Part shown: positions 1-13,703 of the stretch, one piece after another
Numbering within the stretch: the first letter of the stretch is position 1
How the letters are laid out: the number at the start of each line of letters is the position of its first letter
Origin: Phoronis australis
Lineage: Eukaryota; Animalia; Phoronida
Assembly: GCA_002633005.1 (NCBI GenBank)
Contig: NMRA01000045.1
Location: 229,456 to 293,455 of the forward strand
Direction: 5' to 3'
DNA length: 64,000 bases
Notes under the pieces: generated by a model
Told to the model about the DNA's origin: nothing
Databases searched by the model: none
The model's input: only the letters and a program-made list of their open reading frames with translations
Translations under genes and position numbers: made by a program

Positions 1-349
1 GAATCATGACAAAAAAAGAAATCATCCCAAATCAAGTAATTTTTATCGTTACTTTAAAAAGACCAAAATAGAAGAATAAGTCCACTTCCACACAAAAGTA
101 AAGTGATATAATAATGCTTCTATCACAGGTCTCTTTTATTCCAAGCCACACTCGTATTCTGTTGAAATCAGTAAAGCACGAACAGCTGGAAAAAAGTGTT
201 GAAATTGCCGCATTGGTCTCAAACTGATTGTTATTACTATAATTCTAATTATTGCTGTTAGGTTATCACAAAACCTTTTAAGTCAGTTCCGCAAGCCACC
301 TATTGGCCACATCACGTGACCTAATGAACAATAGTCTGAAAAGATTTCT

Positions 350-417
350 GCCCCGACTGGGACTCCAGCCCGGGACCTTCTGCTAACCATGCAGACACTC
401 TAATCTACTGAGCCATG
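350..417 (-). mobile_element. tRNA-derived SINE head / tRNA-like pseudogene
   Basis: Minus strand TGGCTCAGTAG (A box) ... GGCTGGAGTCCC (degenerate B box) with tRNA-like spacing. Confidence 0.6.
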
Positions 418-2571
418 TATTATGTTGTTATGTTATGTGGCTAACTTCATAACGTCATCTTCTCCAAAACGCTGTAACAGTTGGGAAATATTTGCAAAAT
501 GTTTCACTTTTGCACGAGGGATTATAAAAAACAGGGCTTTCATGATCTTTATGAATATAAGAGAAAAAGTCCACCTCCACATAAAAATAAAGAGATATTT
601 AATGCTTCTATCGCAGGCAGCTTTTATCGACCAACTCAAAAATTGCATAAAAATGGAATATTTTAGAAAACTGTCACCACATTTTTGATATTTCCTTTTA
701 AATATATACATCAAAAGTAAATTTGATCATTTTATTGCTATGAATGTACCTTTCCTTTTTGGTACATGTTAACACAAAAACATTGGTCACACAAAACTAA
801 TGCCAAATTGGTATAAATTCAATAATCAAATTCTACAGGCTTTCTACATTCAGAAAATGTGTGTATGAAACATTTTTTTATTCAGTCTATAATTCTGCCG
901 ATATTTGTCTAAATGCACAGGCTTTTCACCAAGTTGTTCCGTAACCTTTAGATAATAGTATTTGTATCATTCACCACAAAACTAAAGTGTCTCTCAATTT
1001 GTATTGGACGCTCATTCATGCACAGCTCAAATATGGTCAGTCTGTCACATGGTCGAAGATAATAACATTACACTAAGCCACACAGAAGGCACATTTGTAT
1101 CTGAATCCAGTAAACATCCTTCATCCGGACAATTTCTAGCATGTGACTTTGAAGTATTTCCACACTAAGCTGTATTATGACAAGAGTTCTTCACGGATAT
1201 TAACTAAACGTTTTAAGAAATCCTGCAATAGCAGAAACAAAGAAACAACTTTTTAACTTTCAGTTCTATTTTGCTATCTGGAAAGTTTACATGTAAAGTC
1301 ACCTTGTGACTGAAATACGTGTTTCCGTTCACACAGGGATACTAGCTTGCAATTGCCGCCATGTTTTCATGAGAGTACAAAACATACACATCAACCGATT
1401 CTCCTACCAAAAAGCGCAGTACAGAAATGATAAGTTTTTAATATTTGGTTCTCATGACGTGTCCAATGACATCAATCAATCACTCTCAAGTGAAGTTGCC
1501 AAGAATCTCAATAGTAGCTTATCTCTATATCAACGTACAGTTCACATGTAACTGCAATTCATATCACTTTGTGATGAATAGAGCTTTTTCTCACCGACAT
1601 TTTATGTGTTACTACTTGGAAAACCCAGCAGATGCTGGCGAAATGTTGCCCTTTCATCTCATTGACAAGTAAGTTCATAATTTTCTGCATAGTGTATATG
1701 TGTATAAGTATATGTATTACAACTGTTTTGTGTTGTTTCTACAATAATTCAATGTGTAATGGTTACCAGTTGCCCAGACATAATGTTATGGTAATTCCAC
1801 TTCAGGGTAGTAACGCTATTCATTGTATTAACCTTAAACTATTCTCGTGAAATAAACTTAAAAAAGTACGAAAATGCCAATACCTTTGTAGATAAGAACA
1901 TAAATTATACGTTTACATCCACGTTAGGAAAGAACCTGGACATTTCCGTCAACGAAATAGCCTGATATAGCAGTTGCTGCTTCACCGTATACGTGAAAAA
2001 GTGATGCATAAAGCACTGGAATTTGGCTTTTCACAAGACCATTTTTACACCTTCAAAAGCTTCCAATAGGAGCAAGCCTCGACCCCCTCACTGCCTATAG
2101 CATAAACTTAGTAAAATCGTGAACATGGGAACAGTCTACAACTCATAGAATTGAACAGAATAAGACATTCTGTATCCAAGGGAACTTCTGTTGCTAAAGA
2201 GCAGCTGTAAATCTCTCGATTATTTTCAACCTATCAATTAAGGTCTGTGCCTAATTCAATTGGCAAATAAATCCTATTGACTAAGCAATCAGCTTCCCAG
2301 ACAATCACGGATGAAAAAGCCGACTATAGAAAAAAATCTTAACGTTACGTTGATTCATAGGCCTTAAACACAATTAAACAGACCGCGACTAATCAGGCGA
2401 GGTTACAGCATTCGATTTCAGATTACTGAAATACCTCAGTTGTAAAACGTGTATACTATGCTTTCAAAAAGATGAACAACTTGACAAAATGGTTGGTTAG
2501 TGTACACAGCATATCAACCTGCTACTAGCTCACACGTTGAACACTTCTGTGCACCTAGGCCCTGAACTCAC

Positions 2572-2714
2572 CTGGTTAGGAATGTGAATGACTTTCTTAA
2601 GGTTGCCATCCTTGCAATACAGCTTCACCATATTTTCACAGCCCAGGTCGGCTTGCCTAAGAAATCCCCCGCAGGCCAGCAAATCTCCGTCGTTTGACCA
2701 CTCTATCTTGACAT
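2572..2714 (-). CDS. TULP4: TULP4 coding exon 6 (DVKIEWSNDGDLLACGG...IHIPNQ)
   Basis: TCTGCAG acceptor, 143 nt, donor CAG|GTGAGT. Confidence 0.88.
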
Positions 2715-5700
2715 CTGCAGACAAATAAATGAAAGTTAGAAATTACAAAACTGAAGCACCAATGAGCAAAATGTGTGTAATTTAAACTCAGCAGAACACA
2801 ACCAAGACTATTATTAACTACTTAAAACTTCACAAAAATCCTCTTACTTTGATTGATTGAGGAAAGTGCACTTTAGGTTTTCAAAACCTACTGAGAATAG
2901 TACCACATATGAATTTGGTTGCTTCAATATGTTTTGAGCATCACTTCGGGCCCACCAATGCCATCAATATCCAAAAGTAGAGAGCAGTTTGGCTTAATTT
3001 CAACTGCGACAACATGTGAATCTGGATAAGTTGTTCCATTCAGACCCATATTCACTAGAACTATTTTCAACCTTTAGGTCTTTGTCATTACGGTGCAAAA
3101 AGCTAACTCCACTCAACATTTTAACAAAACTCTACGTTTGCGTGATTACATCGTGTTTTCACATGTTCCTAAGTACTGCTGTGACTACCTGGGTAGCCCG
3201 ACACACCTAAAACAACAAAAATCACTCAAGGGAGGCTTTAACTGGACATCTATAGAGCACCTAGATCACCTTTCACTGCAATCAAAAACCAAAGGCCAAT
3301 TACCTCATCTCACCAAATTCAGTGCTTTCAGTAATGACTTCTATTGTTTCAATGACCTCATACTAAGATCTTCATGTACTAATTGCAGTAACTCATTGTT
3401 ATTAAGTCAACAGAAAGTGTCCATGGTGACTCACCCACAATTCCCGTGTGTATTGTCTTATAGTCAACATCATCGTAATTTGACATGAGTAAGACAGCAC
3501 CGTACTTGAAACTAACAGCCAACATGTGTGACTTACAGCAGTCGTCTGCAAACAAGGAGAAAAAATGTTATTGTATCATTAGAAAAGGATGCTGACAAAT
3601 TTGTTTATTTATTAAAAATTTCATACTTACTACGTAATAATAAAGTAATCTAGCAACAGCCCTACTTAAACGCAAAACACGGCCAAATTCCGTAGACAGA
3701 AGAGTCTGGTGAAGAGAGCTAGTCATGTGCTTTTCTTGGAATATATGGTGATATCTCGCAAAGTCTCTAGTAAATGACCAGGCGTTTTTGCAAGGTTCTC
3801 ACATCTACGGGAAGAATGCCTGATTGATATCAAACACAACGTGTTTAAAAAGCTCCATTAATTTTTCTCAGGGTGGACATCTTCTCAGACGTTTGTAATA
3901 CAGTGAGTCTGCATACCTAACATAAATGACCCGAGCAGTGTTCACATATTGCTTGCATGGCTTGATTCACCACCTTCATTGATGTAGCTTTGTTCAACTT
4001 GAGAATACTTCACTGTCTTCCAGTATTCTGCTATTCAGAAAAATACTGACAGCCACAACTCAGTAAAAGACCACTCTACTTCGACAATGGTCATGTCTCA
4101 TAAAATATAAAAAAGGCAAGCCTAGTCCATAACCACCATACTTTTAATCAGTCTACTTGCTACATGAAAACACACAAAACATGTCTTGTACTTTTCCATA
4201 CAATGACCAGGAATGGAAATCATTTCAGATTACGCAAAGCACTGGCAGGTAAAAAAGGGTGTCAAAAAATTTCCAACTATTTTCCAAAAGGGATCTGCTT
4301 CGTGTCAGTGGCAGGCGCTCTCCACATACCTTTAATATAGACACCAAGTGTTACTGTAGGAAGGTAAGTTTTAAAGCTAGATTGTTTATGTCAATAACCC
4401 AATGATTTTCATCATTAAATGGAAAAAATGATTATTAGACAAACAGTTATTTTAAGTCAACTTTTAAAAGTACTAACACTTCGGGCATTTTTTCCTAAGT
4501 ATGCGAAGAATGATCCCATCACTGCTCTCACATTTATCTCTTTAAAGTTTGAAACTTGATTGTCCTCACTTTCATACAATGGCCGACTTCAAATTTACCA
4601 GGTGACGCTAGCCCGACCAATGGTAGTCATGTTTGAGTGTTAGTCCGGAGACAACTCTACGCAGAGAAAATGCTTTCTGCTCTCAACGTATCCAAATGTT
4701 GTTAAGATCATATGAGACCTTACAGACAAGTCAGTGTAATAAGCAAATTATCTGTAAGGACACAAAAAAGTATATGTTTTCTGAAAGTAAAAAGCCTGTA
4801 GGAATTAATTTTTGAGGATACCTGCCATTACTTGGGTCACGTGACCATGTCTTTTTAATAAAATTTTGTTCAACAGAAAAGTACATAGCAAAACAGGGTA
4901 TCAATAACGTGATCAAATTTCACTTGATATAAAGGTTCGAGATGAGATCTTAACTAAATGATCGTTTATTTTCGTTTCATGAAGCCTTTCTCAACGGCAC
5001 CACCTGGTGACTGCAACATTTTCCATTTTGTAATACCAACGCCTCCACAAAGTTTAATGACCTGTAACAACTGTAGCGAAGATAACCTGACAAAATCCAT
5101 TACGGAATTCATTTCAAAGAAGACTAATAGCTACGTGTATGATAGCCTTGTCAAGCTAACTGCATTACAAGACGGGTCATGCTACACATTCCAATGGAGA
5201 AATCTGATAATTGAAAGGAATAATATGCAAAAATGAAACTTCACATTACAGACAAACATCATAGAGATAATGCCCAATTTCAGCTCCCTCATCTTAAAAG
5301 CTAACAGAGAACCAGACACAAACGTCTAATTGCAAACTCTGTAATCAATAATAATTGTTTGGCATAACCTGCTAATTGTATATTAGGAATGGTTACTTAA
5401 ACCATCCCTCATTAAAGAGCTGTTGCATGAAGCAGTTCCTCACTTGGATGGCATTTTGTTTTAGTCTACAATGTGGCACAGTAGCCCCGGAGGAGTAATC
5501 AAGATTCCTTAAAACAATAAGGATAAGAGCACAGTAGTTAGTGTTATAGGGAGCTATACCACCATCAGTTAAAGACCTAACACTATGAGGTTACTATCAG
5601 CTGATAGATAACTCACTGGGGTTGCACAGTGCTTTTCGAAAAACCCACACATATTCACTGAATGCGCTCTGCTCAACTCTGAACACCTTTTTACAATTCC

Positions 5701-8700
5701 AAGGACTTTTAGTCAACAATTGCGTATCAATTTTCTTCAGGTGGCCACCAATAAGACTCAGGAAACTAAAAATGCTCGCTCACAAGGAGGCAATGTAACA
5801 TGATTTGCCACGGTCAGAGTTCAAGTTTGGACAGATAATTTTACTGTACATGACCATGCACCATCAGATGACCACACAAAATGGTTTCCCTTCAAGTTTT
5901 GCGACCAGAAAAACTTTCACGGTCTCATTTGAATTTCTTTGTTTTCTAACAGATGCCAGTTGACACAGTTTAACTCGAAGGTCACACAATTTTTTATAAA
6001 GACTTATAGTGTATGAAATGTTAAACTAAATTTGAATACTGGTGGTTAAACAGTGTTTTGAAGAAGTTTAAATAAATAATAAATACATAAACAAAATTTA
6101 AACAAGGCATGGGTGAAAATCTACCCCTCCTAACATGTTGCCACAACACGCTACCCCGTACCTATTGGTGACCTGCTCCTAGCACGCTCGCTACCCTCGG
6201 ACTCTTCCTCGCCATCCTCCATGTTGAATTTCTCACACGACCATGCCATGCTCGCCATTTCCATGCCTTCAATTAGCTCGAACTGGTTCAACATAGCACC
6301 TGTTGACCCCATCACGATCACCTGACCACTAGATGTCCCCAGCAGTATCTGTGAAAAGTGGTAACTTCTAATGAAGACAAAAGTTGCCTTGCCATTAAGA
6401 CTTTAAAAAGCCCGAAATACAAGTCTATGGACACTTCTGGGAAAACCACTTCGGTAACATCTTTCAGTTGGCATTAGCATTCCACATTGCTTCCAAAGAA
6501 TACCACCACTTCACTTCAGAACAGACAAACAACATGCAGCACCTTATTCTTTCAAGCGGTCTATTTTTAATTCATTCACTATGATTCTTATACAAATATA
6601 CTGTGGTCTCATCCTAAGATAATTAAAAAGCAAGTCCATATATTGCAGCTATAGGGACCTGCCATGTGCAAGCTGAGAACGGAATGTTCCTGTACTACTA
6701 CAGGAGTTGAAAACAAGCAGAAAATGTAGCCTTACATAAACGACCTCATTCTACTCAACACCAACTCCCAACACCCAGTACAGGCACTTGTAAACCACAA
6801 GTGATCTTGTTTGCAAATAATTGCCAGGGCATTATGAGTTGATATGGGTTGAGGAAAATTTGTTCAATACTTAGTTCAATTCCCAGTTTAAGAGAATGGT
6901 TCTCAACATAAGGGAGTTAGAACCAGAATTTCCCATTTATAATCATCTCAATTACAAGAGTTACCACTGTTATTAGTACCTTTTCATCATCAGGGGTCCA
7001 GACACCTGTGGTGATCTTTGTTTCGTCGAGGTTGAGAGTGGACGACCAATATCTCTGACCGCCCACAGAGCCAACCAAAACGAAGCCATCTTCATAACAA
7101 ATGACCGCCATGCGACCATCGTGAGACCAGGAGAAGTCCATAACCTAAAAATGCCGAAATCTTTGATTAATACTTAAGCCCCTCACTCTCAATACTTTGA
7201 TTCTATGCTCAAATATCAGTTTTGTCCCCATCTCAATACTACTTAAAATCACTCGTATGTCCTCTCACCGCTCTGCAATATTTTGCTCAAATTATGTTGC
7301 AAACAGAACATTCTGCATGCCAGAAAATCGATTTCGACTAATTTTGACAAATGGACTCATAATTCTGCTATGAGAAGAGTCCGGGGCCCTTTTCACCCAG
7401 TTCCTTAAACAAGTCTGTTATGTTAAAGCTGTTATAAATTTGCCTTCTATCAACTGAAAATTACTTTTTAAATAGTCCTCTTAACGTCATAAAACAGAAG
7501 ATAACCTAATCAGTGTACGACACTGCTTTCAATGACGGCCTCCAGACATTACGAAGATAAAAAGGACATAAATGACTAAAGATGAACAATAATGAGACCT
7601 AAACAAATTGTGATGTCACACAGAAAACAGATCAGAGACTAACGATGGCATGTTAATTAACAAAACATATAAAAACAGCATGGACACATGAGGAGATAAG
7701 ACACAAAGATAATGAATAAATACATGTTTCAAATAGATGAGACCAGCTAAGTCCTGCGTACATCAAACTGGAGGACGATAGGAAGTGAAACATTGAGAGC
7801 AAGGGTCAGGTATACACTCACAATTAAACATTACCCTGTGGTTCAGGTATACACTGACAATCAAACATTACCGTGTGGTCCAGGTATACACTGACAATTA
7901 AACATTACCCTGTGGTCCAGGTATACACTGACAATTAAACATTACTCTGTGGTTCAGGTATACACTGACAACTCAACATTACCTTTCTATGTCTATCGTT
8001 AATCAGCTCTATAGACCATCGACCCTCGTGCCTGATCCACACGAAGATGACTCCTTTGTCATCGCATGTCACTAATTTCTGATACGGTTCATTCCACCTG
8101 ACCATTACAACCTGAAAACAAACAATTTTTATGCTGTGAGACCTCAGTGACTAGGTTTATTAAATTTCAAGATTTTTGCAAGAAAAATTTGTAAGGATGA
8201 CAGTGCATGTAGACCGAGTATGTGTCACAGAGTGACCAAATTGTCCCCTGCTGCCTCAAGATATACCTATTTTAAGGAGCGCCATAAAAACATAAACTAT
8301 CAATCATCGTCATTATCATTGCCTCGTATTACATTGAAATAATCATTATGATTTATTAAATTACACCGTATAAGTGAGTAATTACGCCCATGTTCAAACA
8401 ATATTTTTCAAAGATAATTTTTTGCTCAAGTGTTTCACGCATAAGTGCATACCGGGTATGTCTAAGCTAAAGTTATAGGCCCATGTGGTTATCTTTTGTA
8501 TATATATATATAGTTGTCAGAATTTTTTACTTATTTTCATTTTCCAAAACTATGGTAGAGAGATTGAAAATGGCATGGTAATAATTTAGTAATAATTGCT
8601 CCTTTCAAAAAAATCGGAAATAAAATTTCACTTGTAAGCTATATTTTGTCCATCCTAAATTAGCGAGACTTTACGGTAATTCCCAATATAGGTGCATATA

Positions 8701-11700
8701 CGATAACTATTCTACTATGCTTATTAAATAATGTTATTACATTATTATTACAAAGCATTTTCCTGATGTACAAAACAGGTGATTGCACAATACTTCAAGA
8801 GAGAGGAACCCAAGACAAACACAGAGAAACAAAATTGTCAGTGCTGGGTATGGTTCTACTGATAGGATTAGGACAGAGCGTTCAAAAAGCTGGCAGGCAA
8901 AATCTCTGTGAAACTTGGCGCGTAAAGTAAAAGCCCATTCACACAAGTCCAAAGCATTTCTTGCAAGACTTTTCCGCAACATCAGGCGAACACAGCTCCT
9001 AACTCTGCAATTTTTGTATACGCGCAATAAATTTCAAAGAGTCCAGCAAAATACAAAGAACGCCACGGATTCGCATGAATGGGTCTGTAATCAAAATAAA
9101 TGGCGCTTGACGAGATATATCACGTATCAAATTTCAGACAGATCCGTCAAGAGATGCCGGAGATACAGCACAAAAACTCAATTAATTAGCGAACAGTCAC
9201 CGGAAAATCTTGAATAACTTATGAACGGAGAGCCTGAGAGAAAAACTAACAATACACTATGGATAGCCCTTGACATGATGTATCCACATGAACAAATCAG
9301 AAAAATCCCTCCAGAGACAGCGGAGCTATGGCGTTTTGCGTCTGATTTCAACCAAAAACAATAGGCTTGGAGCTTTTCACAATATATGTTTTGTGTAAAT
9401 TCTACCCTGATCAGATTAGAAACGCCACCTGTAGCGTGGGAGCAAATAAACAAACAAAAACATTTATGACAAAGCAACCGACTTTAAAAAATTTCATTTC
9501 GAAAAATGACATATTCAACTTGGAAAATATTTGACAAGCAATAGTAGCAGGAATCACGGCTAGGCAGCTGAGGTTGGCAAATTAAGCATGGCAGACCCAG
9601 CTGCACAGCCACTAACCAAGTCATAATTCAATCAGTGTTGGCTGCCTTGTTAATACTATAGGTTGTCCAGACTTGTGTATGTATTATCAATAAACCAATA
9701 GATTGAGTGGCAAACACAAACTGGCTTGATAGGTCATCCCAATGGACAGGGGGGGGATGCATCAGGGAGGTACAACAGTAAACTTGTGAATGTGTAGCAG
9801 ATTGAAAAAATGATCAAGTTACTCAGAGTTCCTCAGAACGGAACATTCAAAAGTGACTGACCTGCAATTACAAATACATCTTTGAAAGTCCATGTCCCGA
9901 GTGTTCGGAGGTTGTATGTTAAGTCTTAGAAAAAATGCAATGAACTGGTATCAAAAGTCCAAAATGTCCTAATTTTCATAAAAAAGGACTAATCTCCCAA
10001 TTCTTCAAACTCATTGGATAGGTTTTCAATCTCGCCGTAAGTAAGCCAAACTCATCACCGCAAAATTCAAACTTGATGCAGTCACGAGTCAAAATAGGTT
10101 GTCAGAACATTGGATCTACCAAGAAGTCTATGTCAAAATTGTAAACATTTCACATTTGTCTTATTTAACAAATGTCTATTGCACAACATAGATTAAAAAT
10201 TACGTCATTTTCTGTCTACGCATAAAATAAGCACTTTTTGTATCTACACTATGAAAACTTTTGACATAGTTCCCCAAAAAGCTGTAAAGCAGTCGTTTTA
10301 CAACACTGTCTGATTTATAAAACATTTTGAACATCATTTTTTACTTCAAATAATAGATAAATTTAATTTAGTCTAAAAATAAGGATTTTGTGATCAGTTT
10401 TTATTATTATGGCCCTAAATAATAACAGGTGACATTAAATTTCACAATGACCTCATACTACATAATCAAACCACCTAAGTTGTTTCACTGAAAACGCGAG
10501 ACCCATTAAAAATAAAGTACCGAAGAAAAAATAATGGTTTTAACCAACCTATTTGCAGAAGTCAAAACGCTAAAATTTGAGATACCTGGTACTTAAAATA
10601 CAGAAGGCCATTACTCACGCTCACATAAGAAAGTCATTAAAGTGGAAATAGAAATAAAGGTGTGAAAACTTCAAACTGAAATCATGCAATGGAATTAATC
10701 TGTTTCCAAAGGATTTCAATAATCAACTTAACTTGGGGTAACCCACGTAAATTTCAAATTTTTGCCACAGAGGCCTTTGTTTAGGCAGCAGTGACCTTCT
10801 GTTCTCCATATTTTTTAAAAATTCGACTACAAATTAAAATTGCGTTGAACAACCTTGAGAGGAAAAAATCATGCCGATCTGAGAAGAAGACTTTGAGCTT
10901 GTCAAATGTGCAAGCTTAAAATCCAAAGTTACTAATTCCGGCAGTGTAACGTGTAGCATTGGTAGTACAGGCGTGAGCAATCAGGAGACAGATTATGTCC
11001 AATACAGTTAGGACAAATCTCATTATATCTACATGAAAGCCGTCAACGGAAGGTTTTGTCAATATCAAAATCAGCTATAATTTCTAAATTTAGCCTCTCA
11101 TCTCCAGTCAAAATGTGCTCTCCAGACAGCTCAGTGGTAATGAGAAATGCGTGGAAGACAGTGTAGAATGGAATACACAGGTTTATGAATTTGAAGCTCA
11201 TACCTGGCAAACTGAACACAATTCCCACTTCCCGAATTCAACTTTTTGCTTTAGCGGATGTAGAAAAATGAACTGTATGACCGACATAGTTTGTGAAAGG
11301 TGGAGCCACAAACACAATTCTGAGCCGAGTTGGTGAAGAACAATTTATCGCAACACAATCGGCCAATCAAACAATTTTATAAACCTTGCAACTCACCATG
11401 AAACAGTAACATTTAATCGGTATTAGAATTACGAACGGTGATGTACAAGGGTGATTACTAAAGCACCAGTGGGACAATTGACCTAATGACATTGTGGCTA
11501 AACATTGCAGAATAAAACGGGGAACTGTTGGTAATTTAGGAATTCAAAGTAGCTATTCAATAACCTCTGGTGTTTACGAATTTCAAATAAAAACTCGAAA
11601 CATTTCACCAAAATACCTCCGAAAACCAATCAGAATATGCTGAATCTGTCCAAAAGTGTTCTCGTCTCCTTAATGGAAGCAAAAACTCATGAAAATCAAT

Positions 11701-13703
11701 CAAAGGAACTTTGTAGACTTAGAAGCCAGTGTAAAAAAATGAAGTTGTCACTAGAGGGCACACCGATAGTCAAATCCACACATAGGCGGATTTAGGGGGG
11801 GGCCCAGGAGGCCCGGGCCCCCCCCCCTTGGCTGCCGCAAAAAAAATAAAACAGTAAGAGCGCAGGGAAATGTTGAGTTTATTAATTAACCCCGGTAATT
11901 AAAATTATACGGATGAAAAAAGATTTAAATGTGTGCAGTTTTAGTGTTGGGGAGGGGGGGGGCTCAAATCCAATTTCAAGTGTCAAATTCGGAACACGGC
12001 GCATTCGTAACGGAACTATCACGGCTAAGTATAGGCAGCGGCGCTGCGCACTACGACTCCGTTTCCGTCGTCTGCTCCACTGTGCAATGAAGAAAATTTA
12101 CTTCATTTTTTAAAGAAAATGGAACCTGAGTGACGATGAAAAAACAGAAGCTGCTGGTAAGATGTGAATTTTAATCGAAGCCTTAGTGAATCACTCAGAA
12201 ACTCGCAATACTCTCTTTGTCAAACCTTATCTTAAGACGATTTCCAAAGCAATCCCGTCATTATTGCCAACACGAAAAACGGATTTGGTCTTTTGGGCAT
12301 TTGAAGACTATTTTAAATACGACAAATTTGTTAAGAATTGATGGCACAAAATATAAAACGTGTAATAAGCATTACAAAAAGAAGTAGGTTTCGCGCGCAA
12401 ACGCTGTGGACCATAAACAAGTAGGTCTCTTAGTATGAGATTAGCAGTTAGTCGTGGTGGTGTAGCGGTAAAGCACGCGCGCTCTGTCCGCCAGTTGTGG
12501 GTTCCAGTCTCTGGTACATGCAGTTTTTCCTGTTTGACACGTTCTCCGTGTTTTTTTTCTTGGATAATACTTCAGGAATCAAGGAAAATGCTTGATTTTT
12601 AGAGGTAAAAACAGAAAAATTTCCCGGGCGGGAGGGGGGCAAACCCCCCTCCCGACCTCCCCCCATTCGGTGCTATGATGCATCTACAATCGTGGTTCAG
12701 TTTACACAAATTCTTACAGCCGGACAAAATGTTGGCCCCCCCCTTGTGATATCCTAGATCCGCCACTGCCACAAGAGATTTGCTCGTACCTTCCCAAGCA
12801 TGATAACAACATGTCTGCAAAATTTCAAGAACATCCATAAAGAGGTTTTGAAGATACGACAGAATGCAGACGCAGGATGGACATCAGAAACCGTCTCCAC
12901 AAATTCAAAACTGAAAATTCAGATTGCGATCCCGACCTAAATTTTAGAGAATTAATTCTTTCTTCACAATCTGAAATTACGAAACCATTACCATGTACTA
13001 CCGATGTGCGGTACAACTCACATTAGTCAAAGCAAACTCATCACAGTGAATTTACTTGCACAAACTACAACAAAAATTGTCTAAATTTCTCAATGAGCTT
13101 TTAGCTTACGAGAATTTCACTGCAAATCAGTTTTGTAATACCTTTTACCTAGTGAAAAGCATGAGGTAATTCTTTAATTACTTCCCACAAAATCACTGCC
13201 GAAATTAAGGCCTCTCCATTTCTCAGAAACTGGCCAACCCTATTACTACAAATGATCAAATCTTTACCAGTTGGTGTGTTATGGCAACTCTACGGTACAA
13301 ATCATGCTACTGATGAGAGTAAAATTATTAATTTTTGTTTTTCTGATATTATTTAGAAAATGAAATTCCACTTGTTTGCCATATGAGTAGACAAGATACG
13401 GGAAGAACTACCATACTTCTGCGGATGTTACGAACCCACCTCATTGCGATGCCCCGTCAGATTATAGTTGACTCTGTTAGGTGCGTCAATGCTCCTCATA
13501 CCATGACATGATGTGAACGTCACACCCACAATGCCCTGGCTGTTACCACTGGCTAACCAGCCCTCTTGATAATAGAGGTCTCTGTCTAATTTTAGTCCAT
13601 CCTCATTGGGTAGCATGTCGGGTACCTTTCCCATCCATGACAAGGCCTGGATCCTGGTGTCGCCTTGGAAACAAAGCCCCTCCTCCAAATAAACATGCAC
13701 CAT
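2572..13703 (-). CDS. TULP4: Tubby-related protein 4 (N-terminal WD40 region), partial spliced CDS; 3' part lies beyond the left edge
   Basis: Exons 13703-13440, 8111-7983, 7144-6980, 6348-6162, 3545-3435, 2714-2572 join through GT-AG introns with matching phases. Translation has TULP4-typical segments LSWMGKVP..EGWLASGNSQGIVGVTFT, NYNLTGHRNEVVMVRWNEPYQKL, EGRWSIELINDR, DFSWSHDG..ICYEDGFVLVGSVGGQRYWSS. Confidence 0.93.
3435..3545 (-). CDS. TULP4: TULP4 coding exon 5 (..HMLAVSFKYGAVLLMSNYDDVDYKTIHTGIV)
   Basis: TTTGCAG acceptor, 111 nt, phase 1-1, donor G|GTGAGT. Confidence 0.88.
6162..6348 (-). CDS. TULP4: TULP4 coding exon 4 (ILLGTSSGQVIVM...MAWSCEKFNMED...)
   Basis: TTCACAG acceptor, 187 nt open frame, phase-1 donor G|GTACGG. 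Confidence 0.88.
6980..7144 (-). CDS. TULP4: TULP4 coding exon 3 (VMDFSWSHDG...WTPDDEK)
   Basis: TTTTAG acceptor, 165 nt, donor AAG|GTACTA. Confidence 0.92.
7807..7983. repeat. 37-bp minisatellite (~4.8 copies) overlapping the TULP4 exon-2 donor
   Basis: CAGGTATACACTGACAATTAAACATTACCCTGTGGTY units start at 7807, 7844, 7881, 7918, 7955. Confidence 0.95.
7983..8111 (-). CDS. TULP4: TULP4 coding exon 2 (VVMVRWNEPYQKL...INDRHRK)
   Basis: TTTTCAG acceptor, 129 nt, donor AAG|GTAATG; absent from the ORF track. Confidence 0.92.
11781..12768. mobile_element. Non-autonomous DNA transposon (hAT-like termini) with 5-bp TSD CCACA
   Basis: Left CATAGGCGGATTTAGG, right CCTAGATCCGCCACTG, CCACA on both flanks, G/C-run subterminal hairpins. 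Confidence 0.8.
12448..12520 (+). other. tRNA-like Pol III cassette inside the 11781-12768 element
   Basis: TGGTGTAGCGG (A box) ... GGTTCCAGTC (B box-like). Confidence 0.55.
13440..13703 (-). CDS. TULP4: TULP4 coding exon 1 (MVHVYLEEG...GHRNE)
   Basis: ATG at 13703, 264 nt, donor GAG|GTGGGT. Confidence 0.92.

Noticed and set aside
8272-9500. Possible TTAA-flanked transposon starting TTAAGGAGCGCC
   Set aside because: No convincing matching right terminus found, so boundaries cannot be supported.
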